The notes: generated by a model from the sequence alone, not told the origin. A stretch of 64,000 nt of DNA from an uncultured Nitrospiraceae bacterium (GCA_963846575.1 CAWJWJ010000001.1:128001-192000), one strand, 5' to 3'. Shown: positions 46,719 through 56,754, counted from the stretch's first letter. Numbers and translations are program-made.

Positions 46719-48200
46719 ATGACGTCCTCCTACGACAGGGCATTTCTCAGCGGGCCTCCCCGCCCGTTGGTATTGGTGCGACCACAACCCAATGCCGATC
46801 CCTTCATGTTGTACCGGAGACTCGCGAAGCCGGACCGCCCGTCCTTCCTGCTGGAAAGCGGCAATGGATCCCACACCACCGCACGTTACTCATTCTTCGG
46901 AAGCGACCCTTATCTCACGCTTACCGGTCGCGGGCTGCATTATCAGATGGACTGTGGCGGCCTGGTTCGAACCTACAAGGGATCAGGCCTTGAGGCTCTC
47001 CGGCAGACCTTGGCCGATTCGATCATCGCAATACCGGACGGCCTGCCACCGTTTTTTGGCGGCGCTCTCGGTTATCTCAGTTATGACCTCGTCCGTTCGT
47101 TCGAGTCACTTCCAGCCCTGGCCGCCGACGACCTTGCGCTTCCGGACCTGCAAATGGCCTTTCTGGATATCGTGGCCGCGGTGGATCATCAGACGCGCCT
47201 GCTCTATCTGATGTTCTGCCCGCCCCTCTCACGGTTCCAAAGCGAACCGCGGGAGAAATTGTACCGTGAAGGGTGCGACCGGTTGTCTGAACTAGAGGCC
47301 CGATTGACCAGCCCGCTGCCGGACAGTGCCCCATCCTGCTGGTCCGCCTCGGCGCCCCTCGTCCCCAGCCAATCACGTGAAACCTACACGGCCTGTGTCC
47401 GGCGATGTAAAGAATACATTACAGCCGGCGATATCTATCAGGCGAACCTCTCCCACCGATTCATTCTCGAATTGGAATCCGGGTTTTCCACACAGGGATT
47501 CGGCTACGCCATTGACCTCTACGGCCAACTTCGCCTGGTGAATCCCTCTCCATTTGCCGGACTCGCGCAATTTCCTGACCTTACGCTTGTCAGCTGTTCA
47601 CCCGAGCGGCTTGTGCAATTGACCGGCTCAACGGCATCCGTCAGACCGATCGCGGGAACCAGACCGCGAGGACTCAGCCAGGAACAAGATCGCCAGCTAC
47701 GCGCCGAATTGATTTCGAATCCAAAGGAGCGGGCCGAGCACGTGATGCTCGTCGATCTGGAACGTAACGATCTCGGTAAGGTCTCACGGTATGGTTCCGT
47801 ACGCGTCGATGAGTTCATGACGATTGAACAATATTCACACGTTAGTCACCTGGTGTCCGGCGTGACCGGCGTCCTGCAACCGGGCACTTCGTCGATGGAT
47901 CTCGTACAAGCCGTATTTCCCGGTGGGACCATTACCGGCGTTCCAAAGCTGCGCTGCATGGAAATTATCGAAGAGCTGGAACCGGTCCGACGCGGACTTT
48001 ATACCGGGGCATTAGGATACTTTAGTTGGAGCGGCGATCTGGATCTGAACATCCTAATTCGCACCTTGGTCCTGACGGGGGGCTACGGATATCTGCAAGT
48101 CGGGGCAGGCATCGTGGCTGATTCAGACCCTGAGCGCGAGTATGAGGAGACGCTTTCCAAAGCTGGTGCGTTTTTCAAAATACTGGAGGCCGGCCGCTGA
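46719..48200 (+). CDS. pabB: Aminodeoxychorismate/anthranilate synthase component I family (PabB-like)
   Basis: FLLES, GDIYQANLS, PIAGTR, KERAEHVMLVDLERND, FPGGTITGVPK, GAGIVADS; coupled to a class IV aminotransferase. Confidence 0.8.
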   Translation: MTSSYDRAFLSGPPRPLVLVRPQPNADPFMLYRRLAKPDRPSFLLESGNGSHTTARYSFFGSDPYLTLTGRGLHYQMDCGGLVRTYKGSGLEALRQTLADSIIAIPDGLPPFFGGALGYLSYDLVRSFESLPALAADDLALPDLQMAFLDIVAAVDHQTRLLYLMFCPPLSRFQSEPREKLYREGCDRLSELEARLTSPLPDSAPSCWSASAPLVPSQSRETYTACVRRCKEYITAGDIYQANLSHRFILELESGFSTQGFGYAIDLYGQLRLVNPSPFAGLAQFPDLTLVSCSPERLVQLTGSTASVRPIAGTRPRGLSQEQDRQLRAELISNPKERAEHVMLVDLERNDLGKVSRYGSVRVDEFMTIEQYSHVSHLVSGVTGVLQPGTSSMDLVQAVFPGGTITGVPKLRCMEIIEELEPVRRGLYTGALGYFSWSGDLDLNILIRTLVLTGGYGYLQVGAGIVADSDPEREYEETLSKAGAFFKILEAGR

Positions 48201-49081
48201 TGTGGGTGTTTCTGAACGATCGTTTCGTGCGTCAGAAGGAGGCCGTGGTGTCGGTCTTTGACCACGGATTCTTGTACGGGGACGGAGTCTACGAAACCAT
48301 TCGATCCTACGGACCCCGCATTTTCATGCGCGACCAACACCTCGCCAGACTTCGACGCTCCGCCGAGGCCATCGGGCTGAACATTCCCATCCCCGACTCG
48401 CAGTGGCCTGAACTGCTCCACGAAGCCATGCGTCGCAACGAGGTCGGCACTGATCGGCTGGATGCCTATCTCCGTATTACGATCTCCCGGGGTGAAGGAG
48501 AAATCGGGCTCGATCCCGCGCTCTGCCCGCATCCGACCGTCGTGATCATGACCAAACCCCTCCAACCGTATCCGGCGGCCCTCTCGCGCGACGGAGTTGC
48601 GCTCACCGTCGCACAGACCAGGCGAAATCTTCCCGAGGCCTTGTCCCCTCAAATCAAAGCCACAAATTTTCTCAACAACATTCTGGCCAAGCGTGAATCC
48701 ATCGCGGCCGGGACCTTCGACAGTCTCCTACTGAATTGGAAAGATGATGTCACCGAATGCACGATCAGCAATATCTTCTTCGTGTCGGACGGAACCGTAC
48801 ACACACCTGCAATGGAGTGCGGCATCTTAGACGGCATCACGCGAACCATCGTGATGAACCTGGCACAGGAGGACAGTCTCCCTGTCGAAGAAGGTCACTA
48901 TCCCCTCACGGCCCTTCGCCGGGCGGATGAATGTTTCCTGACCAATACCACGATGGAAATCATGCCGGTCACTCGAATTGATGACTTCCGCATCGGTACG
49001 GGCCTACCCGGTCCGCGCACGCGCCGCCTTCAGGCACTCTTTGCTGCCACCCGGTCGCGACACCTCGAATCGGCTTCGTAG
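48200..49081 (+). CDS. PLP-dependent class IV aminotransferase / aminodeoxychorismate lyase (PabC/IlvE family)
   Basis: DHGFLYGDGVYET, IKATN, GILDGITR, ADECFLT; TGATG overlap with pabB. Confidence 0.9.
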   Translation: MWVFLNDRFVRQKEAVVSVFDHGFLYGDGVYETIRSYGPRIFMRDQHLARLRRSAEAIGLNIPIPDSQWPELLHEAMRRNEVGTDRLDAYLRITISRGEGEIGLDPALCPHPTVVIMTKPLQPYPAALSRDGVALTVAQTRRNLPEALSPQIKATNFLNNILAKRESIAAGTFDSLLLNWKDDVTECTISNIFFVSDGTVHTPAMECGILDGITRTIVMNLAQEDSLPVEEGHYPLTALRRADECFLTNTTMEIMPVTRIDDFRIGTGLPGPRTRRLQALFAATRSRHLESAS

Positions 49082-49156
49082 GGTCATCATCCACTATCGC
49101 AAGCGATATCAGTTACTTCCATCGTCATTGCCACACCCGATCAGGCGGCGCGTCTT

Positions 49157-49185
49157 TTGACAGGCAGGGGGTCCGATGCTACGGT
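49157..49185 (+). promoter_or_regulatory. sigma70 promoter for the lytic transglycosylase gene
   Basis: TTGACA, 17 nt, TACGGT with TGn extension. Confidence 0.55.
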
Positions 49186-49233
49186 TACAACAGCAGAGTT
49201 GAACACTCAGTACTCACCGGAACCCCAATCCAC

Positions 49234-49899
49234 ATGACCCATGTGACCCGACTGACCCTAGCCCTCTGCTCCACTGCGACCCTTTTACTGTCAACAGGGC
49301 CCGCTCGCGGAGACGTTTACCAGTACATCGACGCCAACGGAACCATTTCCCTTACCAACGTCCCTAATGACCCCCGATATCGACGTGTGATTTCGGAGCT
49401 GCCTCGCGCCCGCAGCGTGATATCCGACAGCGAGTTGGAACCGGTCATTGCGCGATATTCCCGAGCGCATCGTCTGCATCCGGCGTTGATCCGTGCCGTG
49501 ATCAAGACGGAGTCCGATTTCGATCCCTTAGCGGTGTCGCGTGCCGGGGCTATCGGGTTAATGCAGCTGATGCCGCAGACCGCCGTCCGGTTGCACGTAC
49601 GTGACTCCTACAATCCGGAAGACAATATCGGCGGCGGAACGAAGTATCTCCGCCAGCTGCTGGACCGGTTTGAGGGAAATTTACCGCTGGCCTTGGCCGC
49701 CTACAATGCGGGAGAACATGCGGTGGAGCGCTATCAGGGGCTTCCGCCGATTGCGGAAACCAGGCAATACGTGAAAACGGTGCTTCGGCACTATCGTGCC
49801 TTTCTTACGAATGACCGGCGTGCTTCGTCACGGCCGTACCGCTCACCGGCACTCGAGGCGCACACACGAGGTCTTGCTCCCTCAATTTCGTCCCGGTAG
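49234..49899 (+). CDS. Lytic transglycosylase (SLT domain)
   Basis: Signal peptide, YQYIDANG...TNVP, IKTES, GAIGLMQLMP, AAYNAG, ETRQYV. Confidence 0.92.
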   Translation: MTHVTRLTLALCSTATLLLSTGPARGDVYQYIDANGTISLTNVPNDPRYRRVISELPRARSVISDSELEPVIARYSRAHRLHPALIRAVIKTESDFDPLAVSRAGAIGLMQLMPQTAVRLHVRDSYNPEDNIGGGTKYLRQLLDRFEGNLPLALAAYNAGEHAVERYQGLPPIAETRQYVKTVLRHYRAFLTNDRRASSRPYRSPALEAHTRGLAPSISSR

Positions 49900-51481
49900 C
49901 CTCACCGGACCGCAACATCAGCTGACTGTGCTGCCGCCACCCCGGGCGGTTCGCCTTCGCATAATCCGACCGGTAATGTGCCCCGACGCTATTCTCTCTC
50001 CAGAGGGCGGCATCCGTAACACAGCGCGCCACTTGCATCATATTTTTCACCTCGAGCGCCGCCCGGGAGGCGAAGGGTTTCGTCAGGAGCCGCATCCAGC
50101 GCGCAAGTTGAGCAGAGGCACTGATCAACGAATCTCCAGACCGAACCAGGCCCACCTTCCCCCACATCAGGCGGCGAAGAGAACTCCTGAGTTTCTCAGG
50201 ATCATCGAGCTCTGTTGGCCGCCCCCGTTCCAATTCGTACACCGAAGGCATATGGGCGGGCCCCGCGAAAGTCCCCGCATGTGCCACCGCTGCTTGCGCC
50301 GCACGCATTCCGAAGACCAGGCCCTCGAGCAATGAATTGCTGGCCAAGCGATTCGCCCCATGAACTCCGCTACAGGCGACCTCGCCGGCAGCAAACAGCC
50401 CGGGGAGCGTCGTGGCACCCGTCAGATCCGTCCATACTCCACCCATCATGTAATGCGCACTGGGCGATACCGGGATCCACTCTTCGGTCATGTCGATGTC
50501 GTAGCGCAGACAGGTCCCATAAATGGTAGGAAATCGGCGTTTGACAAAAGCCGCCCCCAGATGGGTCACATCGAGATACACATGACGGGCGCGGGTTGCC
50601 GCCATCTCGGACCAGATCGCCCGCGACACCACATCCCTCGGCGCCAATGCACCATCCGGGTGATACCGGTGCATGAACAACTCTCCCTTGATATTCCGCA
50701 GTTGCCCACCTTCTCCGCGAATAGCTTCCGACAAGAGAAATGGCGGACTCGACGGGAGGTAGAGGGAGGTGGGATGAAACTGTACAAATTCCATGTCCAT
50801 CAACAACGCCCCGGCCCGCAGCGCCATCGCCATCCCGTCACCCGTGGCATTACCCGGATTGGTCGTCCGGGCATAGACCTGTCCGGCTCCACCGGTGGAC
50901 AGGACCACGGCGCTGGCCGGCAAGGCCGTTCGCTCGCCCGACAGCTCATTAAGGACGATGGCGCCGCAGCAGCGGCCGTCGATGACCACCAGGTCCACCG
51001 TAAACCGCCGGTCCAATCGCTGAATGCGCGGCTGCCTGGTCGCATGGGTCATCAGCGCACGCACCATTTCATTGCCCGTGGCGTCGCCGCGGGCACGCAG
51101 GATGCGACTTCGGCTATGTGCCGCTTCACGCGTGAAGGCAAAGCGCTTTCCGATTTTGTCGAACTTCGCGCCCCACGCGATCAACTCCTGGATCCGATCC
51201 GGCCCCTCTTCCACCAACACCCTTACGGCTTCGCGACGGCAGAGCCCATGGCCGGCTTTCAGGGTGTCCGTCAGGTGGCTCCCGACATCATCTTCTTCGC
51301 TCAGCGCGACCGCGACCCCACCCTGGGCAAACATGGAATTACTTTCCAAGGGGTGCCCCTTGGTCAACATCAAGACCCGGCCCACGCGGCTGAGTTCAAT
51401 CGCGGCCCGAAGTCCTGCTACGCCGCTCCCCACGACGAGAAAATCCGTTTCAATTTTCTGTGAGGACAGTCTCGCAGACAT
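49805..51481 (-). CDS. nadB: L-aspartate oxidase
   Basis: VGSGVAGL, AQGGVA, EAAHSRSRI, QFHPT, HYMMGG, GVHGANRLASNSLLEG; its ATG overlaps the upstream TAA (TAATG). Confidence 0.95.
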   Translation of the reverse strand: MSARLSSQKIETDFLVVGSGVAGLRAAIELSRVGRVLMLTKGHPLESNSMFAQGGVAVALSEEDDVGSHLTDTLKAGHGLCRREAVRVLVEEGPDRIQELIAWGAKFDKIGKRFAFTREAAHSRSRILRARGDATGNEMVRALMTHATRQPRIQRLDRRFTVDLVVIDGRCCGAIVLNELSGERTALPASAVVLSTGGAGQVYARTTNPGNATGDGMAMALRAGALLMDMEFVQFHPTSLYLPSSPPFLLSEAIRGEGGQLRNIKGELFMHRYHPDGALAPRDVVSRAIWSEMAATRARHVYLDVTHLGAAFVKRRFPTIYGTCLRYDIDMTEEWIPVSPSAHYMMGGVWTDLTGATTLPGLFAAGEVACSGVHGANRLASNSLLEGLVFGMRAAQAAVAHAGTFAGPAHMPSVYELERGRPTELDDPEKLRSSLRRLMWGKVGLVRSGDSLISASAQLARWMRLLTKPFASRAALEVKNMMQVARCVTDAALWRENSVGAHYRSDYAKANRPGWRQHSQLMLRSGEATGTKLREQDLVCAPRVPVSGTAVTKHAGHS

Positions 51482-51999
51482 TACTGAGGGTTGGCCTGGC
51501 CGCGGGCAGGCTCCTCGCTCAGGCTCGCCCGCATGCCCATCCCGAATGGCAGATCGCCCTGTGCTTCTCGCAGAAGAATCGATTGCGTGCCGACCCAGCC
51601 CAACCGCCCATGGCCCCGTTGATGTATGCCGATATCGGCAGGATCCCGTTTCCACAGACCCTGCCAATGGACAAAGACGTCGATGTTCTCACCCTCAATG
51701 AGGATACGCTCGATTGAAAATTCCAGCTCGATGTCACGAAACGTGTCGAAGTCACTATAAATCTCTCGTTGAATTTGGTCGAGGTTTCCGGACGGCAAGA
51801 GCAGCGCCTCCACCTCCTTCCGGTCCCGCTCCACATACGATTTTCGTAAAGACTCGACCGCTTGGTCGATGCGGAGAATGCGGTCGTGATCTTCCTTGTA
51901 CTGAATGGTTTTCGCGGCACATCCAATGGACAACACGAGCAGGAGACCCAAGAGGAGACGACTGCAATGCAGGATGCCCGTCGAGCAAATTTTTAGCAT
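51481..51999 (-). CDS. Hypothetical lipoprotein
   Basis: Lipobox LSIGC; possible NTF2-like domain. Confidence 0.75.
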   Translation of the reverse strand: MLKICSTGILHCSRLLLGLLLVLSIGCAAKTIQYKEDHDRILRIDQAVESLRKSYVERDRKEVEALLLPSGNLDQIQREIYSDFDTFRDIELEFSIERILIEGENIDVFVHWQGLWKRDPADIGIHQRGHGRLGWVGTQSILLREAQGDLPFGMGMRASLSEEPARGQANPQ

Positions 52000-52004
52000 G
52001 GCGC

Positions 52005-52034
52005 AGTATAGGAATCTTGACGGAATGAGGTCAA
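52005..52034 (-). promoter_or_regulatory. sigma70 promoter for lipoprotein-nadB (leaderless candidate)
   Basis: TTGACC, 18 nt, TATACT; ATG 5 nt downstream. Confidence 0.7.
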
Positions 52035-52186
52035 GCCGAGCGCCTCTCCGCACACACGCTCACAGCCTTCAAGTCGCCGCGTGCAGGGCGTTCAAAACGA
52101 CGGACAACCGCCCCGACATAATCTTGGCTTGCTTTTTGGAGTGAAAGCCACTAGACTCCCGCGCCTAGCAGTTGGAGATTGAACGT

Positions 52187-52282
52187 ATGGCGAGTGTCCT
52201 CAAGAAACGCCGGAAGAAGATGCGCAAGCACAAGTATAAGAAGTTGCGCCGGCGTCAGAAATTCTTGCGTCGCAAGAGCTGA
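52187..52282 (+). CDS. bS22 / AURKAIP1-COX24-domain small basic ribosomal-protein-like peptide
   Basis: Below the ORF-track cutoff. MASVLKKRRKKMRKHKYKKLRRRQKFLRRKS with a GGAG RBS. Confidence 0.9.
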   Translation: MASVLKKRRKKMRKHKYKKLRRRQKFLRRKS

Positions 52283-52313
52283 GCTCATCACGACATAATG
52301 GACGGAGGGATCC

Positions 52314-52532
52314 GTGCCCGAGGGGAAAAAAGTTCGCATCCGCGTTCGAACGGTGAACTGCATCTATGTCGGGGATTTTCTCATCCCGCCCATGCGTAAT
52401 CGCGTGTCGGACGCGATCAACGAAGAGCAGCGGCTGTTCATCAGCTTGACTGACGTGTTGATCAACGACAAGGAGCGGTCCGACTTCGTCGCGATCAACA
52501 AGAACTTGATCGAGTCGATCGCCCAGCTTTAG
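52314..52532 (+). CDS. Small conserved hypothetical protein (tentatively DUF6812-like)
   Basis: GGAGGG RBS, GTG start; RVSDAIN...FISLTDV...FVAINK motif. Confidence 0.75.
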   Translation: MPEGKKVRIRVRTVNCIYVGDFLIPPMRNRVSDAINEEQRLFISLTDVLINDKERSDFVAINKNLIESIAQL

Positions 52533-52634
52533 CACGGCCCCCACCTCATCGCGAAAGGCGCATCGTATTCGTCCACCGCAGGCCACGCGATCCGCTGCCC
52601 ACGTGCCCCCGCTGAAACGATTGTCGTAACACAC

Positions 52635-54368
52635 ATGTTTTCGTTTAAACGATTCTTTCCTTTTCTCAAGCCCTACTTCCCCCGCATGATCGCCGCCGCC
52701 GTGATGGTGATGGTGGTGGCAGCCATCAACCTGGCCCTGCTCCGACTGGCGGGATCGCTGTGGGATGTCATCACCGTTCAGCATGATGCGCAGCGCATGA
52801 CGGAGATGATCCTGCTGTTTTTAGGTCTCGTGCTGGTGCAGGGATTTTGTTCGATGGGGCACAGTTACCTGACATCCTGGGTCTCGCAACGCGTGATGGC
52901 GGACTTCCGGACACACCTGTTCGCCCATCTTCAAACGCTGTCCGTCAACTTTTTTTCGAAGCGCCGGACGGGTGAACTGATGTCCCGTCTTATGAACGAT
53001 GTCACCGTGATTCAAAACGTGGTGACCGATACGCCGATCGATGCGGCCAAACAAGTCGTGACCTTCATCGGCGGCGCGGGCTTCCTGTTCGCAATGAACT
53101 GGCGTCTTTGCCTGCTGATTCTGATCCTGCTTCCCCTGTTGGTTGTGGTGGCCAAACTCTTCGGCCGGCGGTTGCGCGCGCTGTCGACCACCATCCAGGA
53201 TCAGACCGCCTCCGTGAGTACGCTGGTGGAGGAGGTGATCGCGGGAATCCGCGTGGTGAAATCTTTCGTCCAGGGTAAACGTGAGGAACAACGATTCGTC
53301 GGCCAGGTGCAACGCGCGATGCAACTGGCGCTCCGCCGCGCTACGATCATGGCGATGTTCGTGCCAACGATCACTTTTGTCACGTTTGCCGCCGCTGCGG
53401 CCGTGTTGTGGTATGGCGGGCAACAGGTCATCGACGGCAGTGTATCGCCCGGCGACCTCTTCGCATTCGTCTTGTTTGCGGGCATCCTGATCGGCCCCTT
53501 TGGTTCCGCAGCCCGGGTATTCGCCCAAATCAAAGAAGCTCAGGGCGCCATGCAACGCGTCTTTGAAATCCTCGATACCCATGCTGAAATCGCCGATGTG
53601 CCGGGCGCCGTGGAGTTGCCCCCTGTTCAGGGGCACGTCCGCGCGGAAGGCATCACTTTCGCCTACGACGACAGACAGCCGGTGCTTTCCGATGTCTCCT
53701 TCGAAGCCAAACCCGGCGAACTCATTGCCATCGTAGGCCCGACCGGCTCAGGCAAAACGACGATCATCAATCTCCTTCACCGGTTTTACGACCCGACAGC
53801 CGGGCGGCTCACGGTCGACGGGCACGACGTGCGGGACGTACGGCTCGACAGCCTCTACCGGCAGATTGCGCTGGTGCCACAGGAAACGATCCTGTTCGGC
53901 GGGTCGATCCGCGACAACATCCGGTACGGGCGGGAGGACGCGCCCGAGCAGGACATCCTCGCCGCGAGCCAGGCCGCACATGCCCATGAGTTCATCGTGG
54001 GATTTCCGGACGGCTATGAGACGATCGTCGGAGAGAAAGGCATCAATCTATCAGGCGGCCAACGGCAACGCGTGGCGATTGCGCGAGCCATTTTGAAAAA
54101 TCCGCGGATTCTCCTCCTCGACGAGGCAACCTCCGCGCTGGATACCGAATCGGAACGGTTGGTGCAGCAGGCGCTGGAGCGTCTCATGGTCGACCGCACC
54201 ACCTTCGTCGTGGCCCATCGACTCAGTACAATTCAGCGTGCCGACCGCATCCTGGTCCTGAACAAGGGAAAGATCGTGGAGGAAGGCACCCACGCCGCGC
54301 TACTGGAGCGGCAAGGGCTCTATCATTACCTCTACACCTTGCGACTCACTGCTGAGCTGCCGGTTTAA
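52635..54368 (+). CDS. ABC exporter, fused permease/ATPase (MsbA-like)
   Basis: TM domain, GPTGSGKT, LSGGQRQR, LLLDEATSALD, VAHRLST. Confidence 0.93.
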   Translation: MFSFKRFFPFLKPYFPRMIAAAVMVMVVAAINLALLRLAGSLWDVITVQHDAQRMTEMILLFLGLVLVQGFCSMGHSYLTSWVSQRVMADFRTHLFAHLQTLSVNFFSKRRTGELMSRLMNDVTVIQNVVTDTPIDAAKQVVTFIGGAGFLFAMNWRLCLLILILLPLLVVVAKLFGRRLRALSTTIQDQTASVSTLVEEVIAGIRVVKSFVQGKREEQRFVGQVQRAMQLALRRATIMAMFVPTITFVTFAAAAAVLWYGGQQVIDGSVSPGDLFAFVLFAGILIGPFGSAARVFAQIKEAQGAMQRVFEILDTHAEIADVPGAVELPPVQGHVRAEGITFAYDDRQPVLSDVSFEAKPGELIAIVGPTGSGKTTIINLLHRFYDPTAGRLTVDGHDVRDVRLDSLYRQIALVPQETILFGGSIRDNIRYGREDAPEQDILAASQAAHAHEFIVGFPDGYETIVGEKGINLSGGQRQRVAIARAILKNPRILLLDEATSALDTESERLVQQALERLMVDRTTFVVAHRLSTIQRADRILVLNKGKIVEEGTHAALLERQGLYHYLYTLRLTAELPV

Positions 54369-54375
54369 CCACAGG

Positions 54376-55260
54376 GTGCCACTAATGACAACGCGCGTCC
54401 TCGCAGGTTTGATGCTGGGGTTCACGCTACTGTTTCCCCCCGGCGCTGTGGCCGCAGAGATATCCCTGCCTCGACCCGACCACATTGTCCTCGTCATTGA
54501 AGAAAATCATTCGTTCGGACAAATCATCGATTCACCTGCTGCCCCCTACCTGAATACGTTGATCCGAAACGGGGCACTGATGACTAATGCCTACGCGGTC
54601 ACCCATCCCAGCCAACCCAACTACCTGGCCCTTTTTGCCGGCTCCACCGAAGGCATTATCGCAAATAATTGTCCGCTCGTATTGACCGCCCCGAACCTTC
54701 GTAGCACCTTGGCCCAGGCAGGACGATCCTTCGTCGGCTATGCAGAGGATCTTCCTGCGGTCGGCTCGACGGATTGCATCGTCGCTTCGTACGTCCGCAA
54801 GCATAATCCCTGGGTGAATTGGCAGTCGTCCCCGACCAATCAAGTCCCTTCGAGCGAGAATCGTCCCTTTTCAGACTTTCCGAGGGACTTCACTACGCTG
54901 CCAACGCTCAGCATCATCATTCCCAATCAGCAGAACGATATGCACGACGGGAACGATCCGGATCGCATTCAAAGAGGCGACCAATGGTTGAAGACGCACC
55001 TGAGCCGCTATGTTCAGTGGGCCGAAACCCACAATAGCCTGCTGATCGTCACGTGGGATGAGGACGACAAGAGCTCGAACAACCGCGTTCCATTGCTTCT
55101 CGTGGGACCGATGGTACGTACGGGCCGTTACGATGAGAAGACCGATCATTACGGATTGGTCCGTACGATCACGGAGATGTATGGGGCACAACCGATCGGG
55201 CTCAGCCGGCAAGCCCGCCCGATCACCGGCATCTGGAACGACTCCGCTCCGGCCCGATAG
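54376..55260 (+). CDS. Exported phosphoesterase / acid phosphatase
   Basis: HIVLVIEENH, THPSQPNY, KHNPW, NDMHDG, TWDED. Confidence 0.9.
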   Translation: MPLMTTRVLAGLMLGFTLLFPPGAVAAEISLPRPDHIVLVIEENHSFGQIIDSPAAPYLNTLIRNGALMTNAYAVTHPSQPNYLALFAGSTEGIIANNCPLVLTAPNLRSTLAQAGRSFVGYAEDLPAVGSTDCIVASYVRKHNPWVNWQSSPTNQVPSSENRPFSDFPRDFTTLPTLSIIIPNQQNDMHDGNDPDRIQRGDQWLKTHLSRYVQWAETHNSLLIVTWDEDDKSSNNRVPLLLVGPMVRTGRYDEKTDHYGLVRTITEMYGAQPIGLSRQARPITGIWNDSAPAR

Positions 55261-55717
55261 CGTGGGTGGCGGACGACTATCCGTTTCCGGACACATGCCT
55301 TCACAGTTCCCGACAACGACGGGGCCGCTCCCCCCACCATGAAACCCCACTTGTCGGCTGGAGGAGAAGCGCCTACGAAACCCGCTTAGCCCCAAGACTC
55401 AGCAGCCCCCCTCCGCAACAAGACGATCCATACAAGGCCCCACCGCATCCGGCCGGTCCTATCAAACCAGTAGGGAACTCTCCGAACGAACCCAGATCGT
55501 TCACGTCATCACTCAGCCTGACAACCTGCGGTCTGGAGTCCTGGCGATCCTCTTTCCTGCCTGATCTCCTCGATCCGGCATGCCTGCCTACTCGCAGGAC
55601 AGCGGGGACTCAACCCTGGCGAAAACTCTCCGATACAGTATTCACGAAGGACGGAGAAGCGGCCCTGGAGAGGGCATCATTCCTGTGGTGGGAACCCCCG
55701 TCGCTTGAGCCTCGCCC

Positions 55718-55726
55718 TGCTATAAT
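55718..55726 (+). promoter_or_regulatory. Extended -10 promoter
   Basis: TGC-TATAAT, 9 nt before ATG 55736, with no SD. Confidence 0.65.
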
Positions 55727-55735
55727 TGGTGATGT

Positions 55736-56179
55736 ATGCCACGTTCCTCCTGGTCTGCTCCAAAACCCCTTCCCGAGAGCCTGCGCCGCAGTCTCAAGGA
55801 TCTACGTCACGGACTGCTGGGACTGCACAAATCGTTGATCGTCTCCGAGCAACTCACCTACGAACGTATCTATGGCCGCATCTCTTCCGCCGGACAGCTC
55901 CTGCAGCTCGTCATGAATGATCCGTGGTTCGCCTGGCTTCATCCCCTCTCGCACCTCGTCGTGCGCATTGATGTCGTGCTCGAGGATCAGGAGGACACGA
56001 CCGTCGAAGCCGCGCAGGAATTACTCGTAGAAGCTCGCGCCATGCTTCGTCCTTCCGAAGAAGGTGACGGGTTTGAACGCAGCTATTATGAGGCTCTGCA
56101 ACGGACGCCGGACGTCGTGTTGGCCCATGCCAGCGTAAAAAAACTCCTGAGCACAGCGTGCACCGCTGCCGCGGCCTGA
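55736..56179 (+). CDS. Conserved hypothetical protein
   Basis: LLGLHKSLI...YERIYG...LLQLVMNDPWFAWLHPLS...YYEALQRTPDVVLAH pattern. Confidence 0.82.
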   Translation: MPRSSWSAPKPLPESLRRSLKDLRHGLLGLHKSLIVSEQLTYERIYGRISSAGQLLQLVMNDPWFAWLHPLSHLVVRIDVVLEDQEDTTVEAAQELLVEARAMLRPSEEGDGFERSYYEALQRTPDVVLAHASVKKLLSTACTAAAA

Positions 56180-56754
56180 TTTCTGATACTGCCATGTCGT
56201 TGGCCCAACCGGTGGATGGTGCAAGGACGCCGCGAATTGCCCTGGCGCGGCACCCACCTATAGTTCAGGCAATGGTCACACCCTTCTTTCAAATCAGAGA
56301 AGGCATCTCCTGCAGGTAATTCTCCACTGCCAACATCTGATCATCACACTCTCTTCCCTCCCAAATACCTCCGCAGGTGCGAGACCCTCGGGAATCTATG
56401 TTCACTCCACTGATCCAGTGCCTGGTCTGTGCATAGCCACCCCTTCACGTGAAGACCAGCTTCGCGCCCGAACACAAGGAGGACTCGCGACCGAATAGAT
56501 CCGCTGACCATCTCCCGGGGCAGAGACTCGCGTGCAGACCAGGACCGCGTTGGCTCTTGAGTGCCACTACTCACTTCAAGAACACCCAACTGTTTGCATA
56601 ACGTGGCACGAAGCCGCAGCCCCGCCCCTCATGCAACAGGAGCATGTTGCCGGGCTATGCCGAATTCGAGCTTTTGCTTTGGTCAATGCAGGGGGAGCGA
56701 TAGACTACAGCCAGCGTGTCTGCTGTCACTCGAAGGATAACGACCAGAGCAAGC

